The notes: generated from the sequence alone by a model not told the origin. DNA of 64,000 nucleotides from Rebecca billardiae RCC1528 (GCA_965240325.2 OZ251244.1:62001-126000); one strand, 5' to 3'. Shown: positions 45,895 to 58,422, counted from the first letter of the stretch. Translations and numbers: made by a program.

Positions 45895-46790
45895 AAAGTT
45901 TACCGGAGTACGAAGTTTACCGGAGTACGAATATGGTGGTACGAAGAAGCCAGGTCGGAAATCGAGAACTCATGATGTCGTTAACCTTTCGGGAGCGCGC
46001 CTCATAGACGAGTGTCGTTGCGATTCCCATACACGCGACGACAATTGCTTTTGCAATCATTCGTCGAGGACGCGGAGGAGTCTCAGTCTCACTCTCAGGG
46101 GCGTTCTTCCGAGCCCCCCACCAACTCAGACCAAGGGAGGCCTCCCTTGCCCCCACGCTTTTTCCCCAGCCCGAGCCCGAACATTGTTGTATGAGGACCT
46201 ATTGCGAGCGCGGGGGCGTGGAGGCCTCCCCATGCTCAAATCCGAAGAGAACGAAGTTGTAACATTCGGCCTGGTCCCTAGATACTATGCTGTCGTCCGG
46301 GTCCAACCCGGGGCGGATCTGAGCAGCCGGATTTTCCGCCCGGACCCGGAGGCCAGAAATGGGATTTTCACCCTATACTGTATAAATGGTGTAGTCGTCC
46401 TCGTGCCGGGCTGCGCGCTGGCTGAGGCGCGCGCACAGTGACTCAGCTGTCAGCACGCGCTGAGCGCGGGTCCACGACAGGAGTCCACCGTGACCACCGT
46501 CCGCCGGTCGCAGGCAGCAGCCCCGCAGCCCGGACCGGGGCAGCGTGCTGCGTGGCGGCCGAGAGTGGTACACGCGTGGCTAAGCGTTCGCTGGGCCCGG
46601 AGCGCCGATCGTCGAATAATAATGCGCGCGCGCGCGCCCGGAGCGGACGGTGGCGGCGCGCGCGCAGGCCTGCGCACCGCGACTGCAGCACGGCCGTCCG
46701 CTGCTCGACGGCAGCGCGCGCGCGCGTGCCGCCGCCGCCGCGCGCCGTCGGCCGCGCGCCGCCGGCGCGCCACCCCAAACCCCCGCCGTC

Positions 46791-47196
46791 TCACATCGTC
46801 GCCGGCTCGTAGTCGTCGTCGGAGCCGGCCCGGCCCGCGCCCGCCGCGCCCGCGCCCCCGTCGGCGCCGCCATCGCCCGTGCCGCCCACGTTCTTGAACG
46901 CGGACTTGGGCGCGCCGCACTGCGGGCACTTGAAGTCGTCTCCAAAGAACTTCCACTCGCGGCCCGCGGCGGGGAAGAGCGTGTAGCCGCACTCGCCGCA
47001 CTCGTACTCCGCGCCGTCGGAGGGCGCGGCGGGGGCGTCGCCGGCGGCGCCGCCCGGCGCCGGCGCGTCGGTCGACGGCGGCGCGGCGTCGGGCGCCGCC
47101 GGTGCCTCGGGCGGCACGCCCAGCCCGCCGACCGCGCCGCCGAGCCCGCCCAGACCTTTCAGGTCGCCGACGGCGGGCGGCGGCGCGTCCGCGGCG

Positions 47197-47228
<32 letters not shown>

Positions 47229-48759
47229 CTCGACGGGCGACTCGGCCTGCACCTTCGCCAGCAGGTCGAGCCGCGCGCGCTCGGCCGCCTCCACCTCGTC
47301 CGCCTCCGCCGCCGCCTTGCGCTGCACCTCCGCCTCCTCCTTGCGGAAGCGCTCCAGCAGCCCCTCCGCGTCGGCCATGCTGAGGCCCAGCGCCTGCGCC
47401 TCGGCGGCCGGGACGCTCGCGCTGAGCAGGTCGGCCGACGACTTGAGCACGGCCTCCTTGAAGGTCTTCTCGAGCATCATGCGCTGCGGGCGGGGGAGTG
47501 GGGCGGCGGGCGGCGGCGCGGCCGTGTGCGGGCGCGGGCGCGCGTGAGAGGGCGAGAGGGCGCGCGCGGGTCGCACGGACGCGTGCGCGGGCGTTCCTTA
47601 GCGCGCCCGAGGGCGAGGCTGCGGCCGTGCGCGCGTGCACACACGCACGCACACACCCAACACACGCGCACACGCACGCACGCGCGTGCCACACGGGCCA
47701 CACGGGCCGCACGCCCGTTCCACCCGTTCGCCCAACACGGCTGCGCCCCCCCGCGCGCACAGCCGCGCGCACACCTGCAGCGAGTCGACGTACTCGGCGC
47801 CGTACGGCAGGCGGCCCCGCAGCGAGGCCACGGACGCGGGGTTGCCCACCGCGCGCTCGGCGATGAAGACGAGCTTGCCGAGCACGGAGGGCCTGTCTGC
47901 GAGGTGCTCCTCCGCCGCCGCCTCGAACGCCGCGGGCACCGCCGCGTCGGGCACCCCGAACGCGCGCTGCGCCAGCCGCACCGCGCGGATGGCCGCGCCG
48001 CCCGCAGGCCTGTCGGTGGCGAGCTGCGCAATGTAGCGCGAGAAGAGGCGCGGCGTGTACGGGCCGGGGCCGAGCTGGCCCTTGAACGAGCGCACGGTCG
48101 CCTCAAGCTCCGTGCTGCGGGGAGGGGCGGCGCGCGCGAGAGAGAGAGGCGGCGGGCGGCGTCAACGGGGCGCGGGGCGGCTCGCGAAAACAGCGCGTGC
48201 GCGGCGCGCGCCCGGCGCCGAGGGCCGGCAGGGGCGGCCGTCGGTGCGGCGTGGCGCACCTGCTCTCGCCGTGGTAGACCATCGTCGCGGCGCACGCGTC
48301 AATCAGCTCGCGCTGCCGCCCGCGGAACAGCCGCTGCGCCTGCCAGCCCGCGGCCGAGAGCGCGGCGGCGATCGTGATGCCGACCATCCCGCCCTTGGCC
48401 TTGGAGAACCAGCCGGACTGGAGGACGGCGTCGGAGGAGCCGCCGGTGGAGACGCGGGAGCGGCGCATCTGCGTGCGCAGCTGCTGCCGCGACATCCCGC
48501 CCATCTGCTGCTGCCGCAGCTGCGCCTCCGCCTGCAGCTGCTGCGGAGACTTTGAGACGTAGTTGCCCTGCGGCACGCGCAGCTCGCGCTGGTCGCGCCC
48601 GCCGCCGCCGCCGCCGCCGCCGAGGGAGGACATGCGCGGGCGGGCGGGCGGGCGGACGAGCGGCCGCGACGAGCCGAGCCGCGCGAGCGGCCGCGACGCC
48701 GCCGCGGGCGACGCCGCCGCCGCGAGCAGCGCCAGCACGGTGCAGCACGTCGCGCGCAT
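46791..48759 (-). CDS. Plastid-type protein with C-terminal rubredoxin domain (3 exons)
   Basis: Signal peptide MRATCCTVLALLAAAA; YECGECGYTLF...FKCPQCGAPKSAF; introns near 48258-48113 and 47774-47486. Confidence 0.8.
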
Positions 48760-48914
48760 GGCTCTCGCGGGATGGACCGGCCTAATTCGTGACCGCGTGG
48801 CCGGGCTCGGCCAACTCGGTCCTGCCGCGCGGCCGCCGGCCAGCGGGCGGAAAAGCCCGGACACCTTGGACCAATTCTATGATTTAAAGACACAGGCACG
48901 AGGGCGCAGCTCTC

Positions 48915-51900
48915 CTGTATACACTTCGTACACATAGAAAACAAGAAGCTGGCATAAGTTTTCAAGGTGTGAGGCTGTCTCATCTCGTCTTTGCAAACAT
49001 ACGGCTTCAGCCCCGGCTGAAGCCGTTCTGAAGCGCGCAGAAGCGGGCTGCCGGACCGAGCAGCGAGCGCCCGGACCAGCGCCACGCGCGCGCGCCTGCA
49101 AGAGCAATAAAATGGCGGACCCCGGTTCCCGCCACCGCCGTGCCGGCGCCCCCGCCCCTGGCCCGCCCCTGCATGGGCCCGCTCGTGGTCGCGCGCCCGC
49201 CCCGGCGTGGCCCGCTCGTGAGCTTGCGTGCCCGCTCGTTGGTCCCAGCTCCCGCCACCACCGCCGGCTCCCCGTCCCCGTCCCCGCGTAGCCGCTCTCG
49301 GCGCCGCCGCGCGGCCGCAGCCCGCCGAGCTGGTGCATGGTGCAGCACCTGGAGGCAGACCACCAGCAGCTTGAGGCAGACCGGGGCGTGCCTGGGCCGG
49401 GGCGTGTCTATTGGGCCCTCGTGCGCCCTCGCCAGCGGCCGATTCCGGCCGTGAGTGCAGCCTGACACCGAGCAGCGTCGCACGGCTCGGCGCCGCCGAC
49501 CGCCAGCCGAGCTGAGCCACTGGGCGCGGCTGTGATCTCACCCGCGCTACCCTCACCACCGGCTTGAGCCGAGCCCTGCGGCGCAAAGGCGCAGAGGCTA
49601 CGCACGCACGCACGCGCAAACCGCTGCTAGTCTTGAAACCAGCCCTCGCGCGCCCTTGTCGGCGGCCAATTGTGGCCGCGAGCCAGCAGTGTCGCAGCCG
49701 CGCAGCAATTACAATAGCATGCGATCGCCTGGCCCGCCCGGCACTCGACAGCCCTGGGCGCGGCTGTGATGTCACACGCGCTACCACCACCACCGCGGGC
49801 GGGCTAGCCCTCCACACACACCCGCTACTAGCATCAGTCCACGCAGCCGACTGTAGCCGCGAGCCAGCGAGAAGTGGCATCGCAGGGCTCCGCGCAGCCG
49901 CGCCGCGCACGGTCTGCCCGCCGACAGCCTGGGCGTGGCTGTGAGTGTGATCTCACCCGCGCTACCACTACCGTGGCCCGGTTGTCCGCTGAGTCTTCGA
50001 CGTCGCGGTCGCGCAGACAGCTCCTGATGGCATCCGAGTTGGAAGGGGCGCTGCCGCTCGCCTCAGCATCGCGCTCGCACCGCCCCACCTCGTCCGCTTG
50101 CTGCCGGAACCTTACAGCCTCAGCAGGGACTGGATGCGCTTGCGCCCGAGCACGTAACCATGCTGAGCATGGTCCAATCCGCGAGAGGCGTATCGAAGCA
50201 AGACATCATCTTCGCCCTCCTCATCATCATGCCAGCTGTCTCCGCGTTCATGTCTTCGTGGAAGATGGCGAACTCGCAGCCGAGCCGGCGCAGCCGTATT
50301 CGGTTGGCGCCACCGCCGCGCCGCCGTTGAGCCGGCTGCCGCGCGGCTCCTGGTCAGCGGGGCGGACAGGGTCAGGTGTCTTATACGCGGAGGCAGAGAC
50401 TCCACCATCCGCATCGGCCGCTCTCGCGCCTCGCATGAAGGCGGAGACGGCGGGGATCGTTGCTCGCGCGGCCTGCGCGATCCGCCGCCCCGCGGCAGAA
50501 CCGGCTTCGTGCCGCTTCGACCGGCTTCGTGTTTTAAATATGCAGGCTTCAGACGAGAGAAAAATACCGTCCCTGTATACACTTCGTACACATAGAAAAC
50601 AAGAAGCTGGCATAAGTTTTCAAGGTGTGAGGCTGTCTCATCTCGTCTTTGCAAACATACGGCTTCAGCCCCGGCTGAAGCCGTTCTGAAGCGCGCAGAA
50701 GCGGGCTGCCGGACCGAGCAGCGAGCGCCCGGACCAGCGCCACGCGCGCGCGCCTGCAAGAGCAATAAAATGGCGGACCCCGGTTCCCGCCACCGCCGTG
50801 CCGGCGCCCCCGCCCCTGGCCCGCCCCTGCATGGGCCCGCTCGTGGTCGCGCGCCCGCCCCGGCGTGGCCCGCTCGTGAGCTTGCGTGCCCGCTCGTTGG
50901 TCCCAGCTCCCGCCACCACCGCCGGCTCCCCGTCCCCGTCCCCGCGTAGCCGCTCTCGGCGCCGCCGCGCGGCCGCAGCCCGCCGAGCTGGTGCATGGTG
51001 CAGCACCTGGAGGCAGACCACCAGCAGCTTGAGGCAGACCGGGGCGTGCCTGGGCCGGGGCGTGTCTATTGGGCCCTCGTGCGCCCTCGCCAGCGGCCGA
51101 TTCCGGCCGTGAGTGCAGCCTGACACCGAGCAGCGTCGCACGGCTCGGCGCCGCCGACCGCCAGCCGAGCTGAGCCACTGGGCGCGGCTGTGATCTCACC
51201 CGCGCTACCCTCACCACCGGCTTGAGCCGAGCCCTGCGGCGCAAAGGCGCAGAGGCTACGCACGCACGCACGCGCAAACCGCTGCTAGTCTTGAAACCAG
51301 CCCTCGCGCGCCCTTGTCGGCGGCCAATTGTGGCCGCGAGCCAGCAGTGTCGCAGCCGCGCAGCAATTACAATAGCATGCGATCGCCTGGCCCGCCCGGC
51401 ACTCGACAGCCCTGGGCGCGGCTGTGATGTCACACGCGCTACCACCACCACCGCGGGCGGGCTAGCCCTCCACACACACCCGCTACTAGCATCAGTCCAC
51501 GCAGCCGACTGTAGCCGCGAGCCAGCGAGAAGTGGCATCGCAGGGCTCCGCGCAGCCGCGCCGCGCACGGTCTGCCCGCCGACAGCCTGGGCGTGGCTGT
51601 GAGTGTGATCTCACCCGCGCTACCACTACCGTGGCCCGGTTGTCCGCTGAGTCTTCGACGTCGCGGTCGCGCAGACAGCTCCTGATGGCATCCGAGTTGG
51701 AAGGGGCGCTGCCGCTCGCCTCAGCATCGCGCTCGCACCGCCCCACCTCGTCCGCTTGCTGCCGGAACCTTACAGCCTCAGCAGGGACTGGATGCGCTTG
51801 CGCCCGAGCACGTAACCATGCTGAGCATGGTCCAATCCGCGAGAGGCGTATCGAAGCAAGACATCATCTTCGCCCTCCTCATCATCATGCCAGCTGTCTC

Positions 51901-52230
51901 CGCGTTCATGTCTTCGTGGAAGATGGCGAACTCGCAGCCGAGCCGGCGCAGCCGTATTCGGTTGGCGCCACCGCCGCGCCGCCGTTGAGCCGGCTGCCGC
52001 GCGGCTCCTGGTCAGCGGGGCGGACAGGGTCAGGTGTCTTATACGCGGAGGCAGAGACTCCACCATCCGCATCGGCCGCTCTCGCGCCTCGCATGAAGGC
52101 GGAGACGGCGGGGATCGTTGCTCGCGCGGCCTGCGCGATCCGCCGCCCCGCGGCAGAACCGGCTTCGTGCCGCTTCGACCGGCTTCGTGTTTTAAATATG
52201 CAGGCTTCAGACGAGAGAAAAATACCGTCC
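48915..52230. repeat. Head-to-tail tandem duplication with a 1658-bp period
   Basis: Copies begin CTGTATACACTTCG at 48915 and 50573; identical ORF translations offset by 1658. Confidence 0.95.
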
Positions 52231-52239
52231 CTGATTCGT

Positions 52240-53441
52240 CTGTCGAAGTACTGAATGGAGTTCAATGGAGGATGTCGGAGCGCGTTGGCCGCGGGTGAGG
52301 GAGTCGTCGTATCCGATGCTGAGCACATGGTCACTGAGGTAGTAGGCGCCCGGGGATGCCGCTGTTTTGCAGTCGTCGTCGGCCTTGGTCATCATGTAGT
52401 TGCCCGCGTCGTCGACCGAGGCTGTTCAAGTTGATGCCGTAGTGCAGGTAGTGGGTGTGGTCGCCCGGGCCGGTGTGCGCGGCCTAGTGGCCTTGCCGAG
52501 TTGAGGGAGTAGTCGCCCTTGCCGTTGAGGAAGTCGTCGTCCTTGCCGTTGAGGAAGTCGTCGCCCTGGCCGCAGAGGAAGTCGTCGCCCTTGCCGTTGA
52601 GGATGTCGTCGCCCTGGCCGCTGAGGATCAGGATGCCTGCCCTGCCCGGCTGGGCGCACCTGGCGCGCCAGCGCCGCGCGCGGCTCTAGGCCAGCGACAA
52701 CGGCGCGGCAGCAGCCAGAGCACGGGGGGCGGCGCCGGGGGGGTCGGTGCGGGCCTGCTTGGGCGGCTTGGCGTCGCCCCCGCCGGCGGAGGGAGGCCCA
52801 CCCTCCACCGCCGGCGTGGACGGCTCGGCCACCGCGCGGTTGCCAGCCGCCGCGGCGCCGGGGAGCAGCACCAAGCGGTTGTTGGACTCCCCGAGCACCG
52901 GCCTGGCCTGTTGCACCTCGGGCCCGTCCGACGGCGCGGCCGCGGTTGGCGGCTGGGGTGGCGGGATGGCACCGTCGGAACCCCCCCCCTCGGACTCCTC
53001 CGCCTCCGGGCCGGCGGGGTCCGCCGCCTGTTGGTCGGCCGGCTGAGGAGCAGGGCGGCGCGCAGCGGCGGGCGGCGCGGGCGGCGCGGGCGGCACGCCC
53101 CAAAGGTTGTGCGGGACGCGGGCGGCGCCGGCGATGCGGCGGCTCGGCTTGAGCGGCGCGAAGAAGATGGGGCGCTCGGGGTCGATGGGCATGAAACGCA
53201 GGCGGAGGAAGATCAGGTTCACACCGCCGGCATAGATGTTGGTCTCGACGTGCTCAAAGTTGGTCACGTACTTGTTGATGTCGGGCACGATCTGCTCACT
53301 CCCTTGCCTTGGAGGCGGCTTTTCCGCCTGCACTTGCCACTTTTCGCTGCTGGCGTCGGATTTTATTTGTCGCCCTGCGCGGGTCGGAGGACTAATCCGT
53401 TTCCCGTTGTGCACGGGTCCGTGCGCGCGGTCCAATGACAA
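52240..53441 (-). pseudogene. Frameshifted gene relic with RTX-like GxGDDxLN repeats
   Basis: Protein-like segments in different frames; 24-bp repeat x5 at ~52500-52630 translating SGQGDDILNGKGDDFLCGQGDDFLNGKDDDFLNGKG. Confidence 0.5.
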
Positions 53442-53869
53442 CGACTCATCGACGGTACCAGCGCGGCAAGGCCCACCCGGGCGCCCGGCCGCCCTCTGCG
53501 CTAACAGACAACGGTCTGAGGATACTCGGACTCGGAGCCTGCGGCTGCAGTCGCTGGCGCAGCATCAGCCGCACTCGCAGCACTGACGACCGACGCGCGT
53601 GGCGTCGCTGTGACTCGTTGTCTCGCCGTTGCGAGCACTGGATCAGTGGTGAGTGGATGGATCAATGGATGGATCAGTGGATGGGTGATTCGTGTGGCCT
53701 GGCCGTGGGCGCCGACGCACAGCCACCGCGCATCGGCACCGCCCGCCTCGCGGTGCAGCCGCGGCGCGCCCCGCTGCGCCCGCGCTGCCGGCTGGCCGGC
53801 CTGCGCCCTGAGAGTGAGCCCTGATAGTGATGCCTGCCGTCGGCGCGCGCCTCGCGCCCGCGCCACGTG

Positions 53870-55070
53870 TCAGGAGACCACGCAGCACCCTTGGCGCTTT
53901 GCCCTCCTGTCGTCCATCTCGTCGTACTTTGCAAACTTGGCGCCGAGGATCGCCTTCGCCAGGTACTCGCTGTACGTGAGCGTTCTGCCCTTGGCCTCCA
54001 CCTCGGCCTTCTCCGCGCGGAAGTCGTCCGTCACGTCACAGCTGCGGCGCGCGCGCGGCGGGGCGGGCGGCCGGCGCGCGCCTCGGCCTCAGCGCAGCGC
54101 GCTGGGGTCACCGACCCGCGCGCCCAGCCCCGGCCCCTCCCCCTCTGCGGACCCGGGGCGCCGCTCCCTCCGCTTCTTGCTTGGCTGTGCGGCTGTGCTG
54201 GTCCGCACAGTCGAGCGTGCACACGGGTGGCACACACGCACACGGGCGCGCACACACGCACACGGGCGCGCACACACGCACACGGGCGCGCACACACGCA
54301 CACGGGCGCCCCCCGCTCAGTCGCTCCGCCAGCCAGCGCGCGCGCACCCCTTGATCGGGTCGACCGTCTCGTTGTACGCCTTGAGCACCTCCTTTTCGTT
54401 CGTGCACATGACGAAGCTGGTGGGCGGGCGCGCGTCGCGGGCGCGGGCGCGAGGGTGGCGACACGCCTCAGCCCGCGGCGGCGGCGGCGGCGCGGCCGCT
54501 CGGCGGCGCGCACACGCGCGCCCGCTCGCACCTGACGTACACGCGGTCGTCCTTCTCCTTGAGGGCGAGCTGCAGGCCGGTCATGTCCGTGTCGCTGGGC
54601 AGCCCGTCCGTGAGCACGACCACCAGCGTGTCGTTCTCCGGCCGCGCGTTCTCGCCGCGGTACCCTCCGAGCACCGCCTGGAGCGTGCTGAGCAACGGCG
54701 TCTCGCCCTTCGGCTTCCGGCTGCGCAAGAAGCTGTTGAGCTCGGCCTCGGTGCGCACCATGTAGAACATGGGGTCGCTGAGCGGCTTGAGCAGGATGCC
54801 CCCCGTGTCGACGGTGAGCATCATCGAGAGCAGCGTGGTCAGCGTCTGCGTGAGCTCCTGCCAGCGCGTCTTCGGGTTCTTCGTGTTCTCCGGGTTGGCG
54901 ATCTGGTTCATGGAGGAGGAGTCGTCGACGACGACGACGATGTTGGCGCCAGAGAAGGTGAGGAGGTCCTTCACCACGGATGCGGGCAGGTCGAGCTTCT
55001 CCTGCATCGCCTGCAGCCGCTCCTGCACCGTCACCTCCGCCTCCAGCTCGACCTCGCTGGGCGCCGCCAT
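53870..55070 (-). CDS. von Willebrand factor A (MIDAS) domain protein with C-terminal CaaX (3 exons)
   Basis: VVVVDDSSSM, TRWQEL, GETPL, VVLTDGLPSD; last exon ends ...KRQGCCVVS*. Confidence 0.85.
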
Positions 55071-55326
55071 CTCGGCTGAAGATGACCAATGAAGATGAGC
55101 GCAATCTCGCTCAGCACGCAATAGGTAGCTCGCGGCCATCCGCAAGCACAGCAGCCAATCAGCACGCGCCCGTGCGAAACGCGCGCCCACACCTTGCTTG
55201 ACACCACCCGCCGAGGCAAAGGGGGCTTCGTTGGCGCGCCCGCCTGCCGTTGAAAAAGGGCAAAACAAACGGGCCACAAGGCCCCCTTGGCCCTTGCGCC
55301 TCGTGCTGCTCAACAGCCCGCCGGCC

Positions 55327-56088
55327 ATGGGCGCACCGCACGCGCTCGTCGAGGCCGACGCGGGCTGGGAGCCCTCCGCGTCCGTGCGCGAGGCGGAGGC
55401 GCGGCTCGAGCGCGCGCGGCTCGACGCGCTCGAAGACCCGAGCGTGCTCCCCGACCCCGCGCCACCCGCCGACGACGAGCTCGCCGCGCTGCAGCAGGAA
55501 GTGGCGCGTGCGTCCGCTGAGGTGGCCACGCTGCGCGCGCACGCGGAGGGCGAGCTGTCCGGCGTGTCCGCGAGCGTGGAGGGGCTGCACGACGACGAAT
55601 GGCGGCTCTCCGCGTACATCGGCCTCGAGCACATCAAGGACCAGCTCCTCTCCGGCGACATGGACGGCGCGATGCGCGCGCTCTCGCTGATGGAGCCGGC
55701 GGCAACGCCGCGCGCCGCTCACGCGCACGCGCACGCGCGCGCGGACGGCGGCGCGGACGGCGGCGCGAACGGGCGGCAGCGGGCGGGCGGCGAGTGGGCG
55801 CGCGACGGCGAGAGCACGCAGAGCGCCGCGCCGCTGCAGCTCGACCCCGACGACGAGGCGCTGCGCGCCCAGCTCGAGCGCGCGGCTGCAGAGGCTGCCG
55901 AGCTGCGCGCCGCGCGGGACGGCCTGGAGGCCGAGCTGCGGCAGATGCGCGAGCTGCTGGCGCGCGCCGAGGCGGATCCGGAGGGCGTGTTCGGTGGCGC
56001 GGCGGGTGGGGAGGAGGCGGCGGACGGGGCCGAGGAGGAGGCGTGGATGAGCGACGACACGCGCGCCAGCGCGCCGGCGGCCGCCTGA
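55327..56088 (+). CDS. Acidic coiled-coil hypothetical protein
   Basis: Host-like ORF, divergent from the vWA gene. Confidence 0.65.
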   Translation: MGAPHALVEADAGWEPSASVREAEARLERARLDALEDPSVLPDPAPPADDELAALQQEVARASAEVATLRAHAEGELSGVSASVEGLHDDEWRLSAYIGLEHIKDQLLSGDMDGAMRALSLMEPAATPRAAHAHAHARADGGADGGANGRQRAGGEWARDGESTQSAAPLQLDPDDEALRAQLERAAAEAAELRAARDGLEAELRQMRELLARAEADPEGVFGGAAGGEEAADGAEEEAWMSDDTRASAPAAA

Positions 56089-56892
56089 GCCAGCCCGAGG
56101 CGCGCGCGCGCTCCGGCCGCCCTGGGCAGCTGCTGCTGCCTGCCGCCTGCTGCCTGCCGCCTGCCGCCCGCACCGCACCGGCATGCACCCCAGCGCTGCT
56201 TGCGCGGTGCACGCAGGCAGCGGGCCACGAGGCGCGCGGCGCCGTGAATACCGTTCCGGCGAGTGCCGCACGCGGCACGGAAAGAGGCGCTGTCCTGCTG
56301 ACTCACTAGTCACTGCTCCACGCCCGTGCGCATGCCGTGGCGCGCATGATGATATATTCGATGCGCGCTGCCAATGCCGCACGCTCGCAGCGCCATCGCG
56401 GCGCGCGCGCTGCTGAGCAGATATTATTATCATCTGAGTCGTTCGTCGTTACAGCAGGCGGTGCAGCCGATCATCACTCGTCGGCCGACCGCGTCTGCGG
56501 GCCCTGTCACTGATCAGTATGATATATGGCGACGATCGATGCCCAGCATGGCCATGATGCACGCACTGCGCTATAGCTATATACCGCGTCTACCTGACTA
56601 TACACAGAGTCACAGAGATCAGGCAGCGGCAGCGCCATCAGTCTGCCGAGCGCCGCGAGTCATGGCATCGTCATCATCATCAGCGCGTCGTCGTCATCAT
56701 CATCGTCGTCGGCGATCGTCCGGGCACATCTCACGTCGATCACGTCTTTCGGCGGCACGATCACGACTCAAGAGCCAGGAGGATGGCCGGATGGCGCCGT
56801 GCCACTGCGGCCGGCCGCGTCGGCTGCCTGCGCGCAGGCCGTCGGCCAGCCGGAGGCACGGCCGCCCGGCTCCCCGCTTCCACGCGGGCGCC

Positions 56893-58422
56893 TCAGCGGA
56901 GGTCCGCGTCCGGCGAGGCTGCCGGTGCCGCCACGGCGACGGCCGACGCTTCGGCGCACGGGCCCGCGTCACGCGGCGCGTGATGCGCGGGCGATGGCTC
57001 GGCGCTGCCCGGCTGTGACGGGTGGCTCAGCGCGCCCGCGCTGCCCGCGCCGACGCCCATCGCGGGCGAGAGGGCGGGCGACGACGCCTCGCTCCGCGCG
57101 GCCTGCGCGGCGGTGCCGGCGCCGCCGCTCGGGGAGAGCGAGTCCGGCGCGCGCGAGTCCGGCGTGGCCTCTGCGACGGGCACGGCGCCGACCTCGGCCG
57201 GCGCGGCGGGCACGGCCACGGCCGGCGGGCGCGGCAGCGGCGCGCGCTCGCGCTCGGCTCCCTCCTCTGGCGCGCCCGGCACCGCGCCCAGCTCGACGGC
57301 GGCGTGCTCGGCGTCGGCCTCGGCGTGCGCGGGCTCGTCCGCGAGCAGCGCGAAGCCGAAGCGCTGCAGCTCGCCCCCGCGCACGCGCGGCAGGCCCTCC
57401 TCGAGCGCGCGCACCCGCAGCACGGTGCCGCAGTACAGGCAGCCGCCTGAGAGCCCAATCAGCGCGGCCGCACCGAGCGGCGGCAGCGCGAGCAGCCAGA
57501 GCGGCACCTGTGCGAGGAAGAGGGTGCGGCCGGCGACGGGCCACGCGAGCACGCGGAGCAGCGCAGCCGGCGCGCACAGGCTCGGCCCGACCCCCACCCC
57601 GTCCGCCCTCGGCCCGCGCTCGATGCGCAGCTCGCGCGCGCCGAGCGCGCTCAGCCGCAGCGCTACTTCGTATGCGCACGCGACGTTGAGCGGCATCGCC
57701 ACGCCCGCGAAGACGAAGGCCCAGAAGACGAGCCAGTCGAAGTCGATGTCGGGGATCGCGTCCGCGTACGCGCGCGCGCCCGCCCCGCGCGCCTCGTCCC
57801 TCGCCACCGCCGCCATGTGCACCATCAGCCACGACACGTACAGAGACAGCAGCAGCGAGATGGCGCACGCGTGCCCCAGCGAGGTCGCGACGGTCGCGAT
57901 CGCAAAGCCCTTGGCGGAGGCGGGGCCGAGGCGGTGCTGCCGCTTGTACATGGCCCAGCGCGCGAAGTTGAGCTTCCACACCTCCTCCACCGCGATGAAC
58001 GCCCCGAACCCCGCGAGCAGCGAGCACACGTACACGTACAGCGAGGGCAGCCCGGCGCTGAAGAGCAGCACCTCCACCACGCCGCGCGTCAGCTCGAACG
58101 CGGGCAGGCCCGAGGCGACGGCGATGCCGGCGAGGAGCCAGAAGCCCTGGCCGAAGCTGGAGAGCACGTGCTCCAGCGGGCACGCGTGCGCGCTGCCGCG
58201 CCACCACTGCAGCAGCAGCAGCTTGGGCGGCAGCAGCAGCAGCAGCGCGACCACACCAAACTGCCACCGCCACAGGAGCGAGCCGAGGACGAGCGCGGGG
58301 TACGAGGCGAGGAACGCGAAGGTCAGCGGCTTGAACAGCTTGCGCTCGGGCTTCTCCGCGCGCACGCGCGCGGGCGCGTCCGCGCCGCCGTCCTCCGCCA
58401 CGTCGGGCTCCGCGGGCGTCAT
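56893..58422 (-). CDS. PrsW-like multi-pass membrane protein
   Basis: About 8 TM segments; AVEEVWK resembles the PrsW EExxK motif; later motifs are degenerate. Confidence 0.55.
   Translation of the reverse strand: MTPAEPDVAEDGGADAPARVRAEKPERKLFKPLTFAFLASYPALVLGSLLWRWQFGVVALLLLLPPKLLLLQWWRGSAHACPLEHVLSSFGQGFWLLAGIAVASGLPAFELTRGVVEVLLFSAGLPSLYVYVCSLLAGFGAFIAVEEVWKLNFARWAMYKRQHRLGPASAKGFAIATVATSLGHACAISLLLSLYVSWLMVHMAAVARDEARGAGARAYADAIPDIDFDWLVFWAFVFAGVAMPLNVACAYEVALRLSALGARELRIERGPRADGVGVGPSLCAPAALLRVLAWPVAGRTLFLAQVPLWLLALPPLGAAALIGLSGGCLYCGTVLRVRALEEGLPRVRGGELQRFGFALLADEPAHAEADAEHAAVELGAVPGAPEEGAERERAPLPRPPAVAVPAAPAEVGAVPVAEATPDSRAPDSLSPSGGAGTAAQAARSEASSPALSPAMGVGAGSAGALSHPSQPGSAEPSPAHHAPRDAGPCAEASAVAVAAPAASPDADLR

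Noticed and set aside
48940-49010. CLQRRDETASHLENLC resembling a LINE zf-RVT knuckle
   Set aside because: First Cys pair incomplete and no RT or endonuclease motifs nearby
53640-53686. GGATGGATCAGT-type short tandem repeat
   Set aside because: Ordinary small minisatellite in a 3' region
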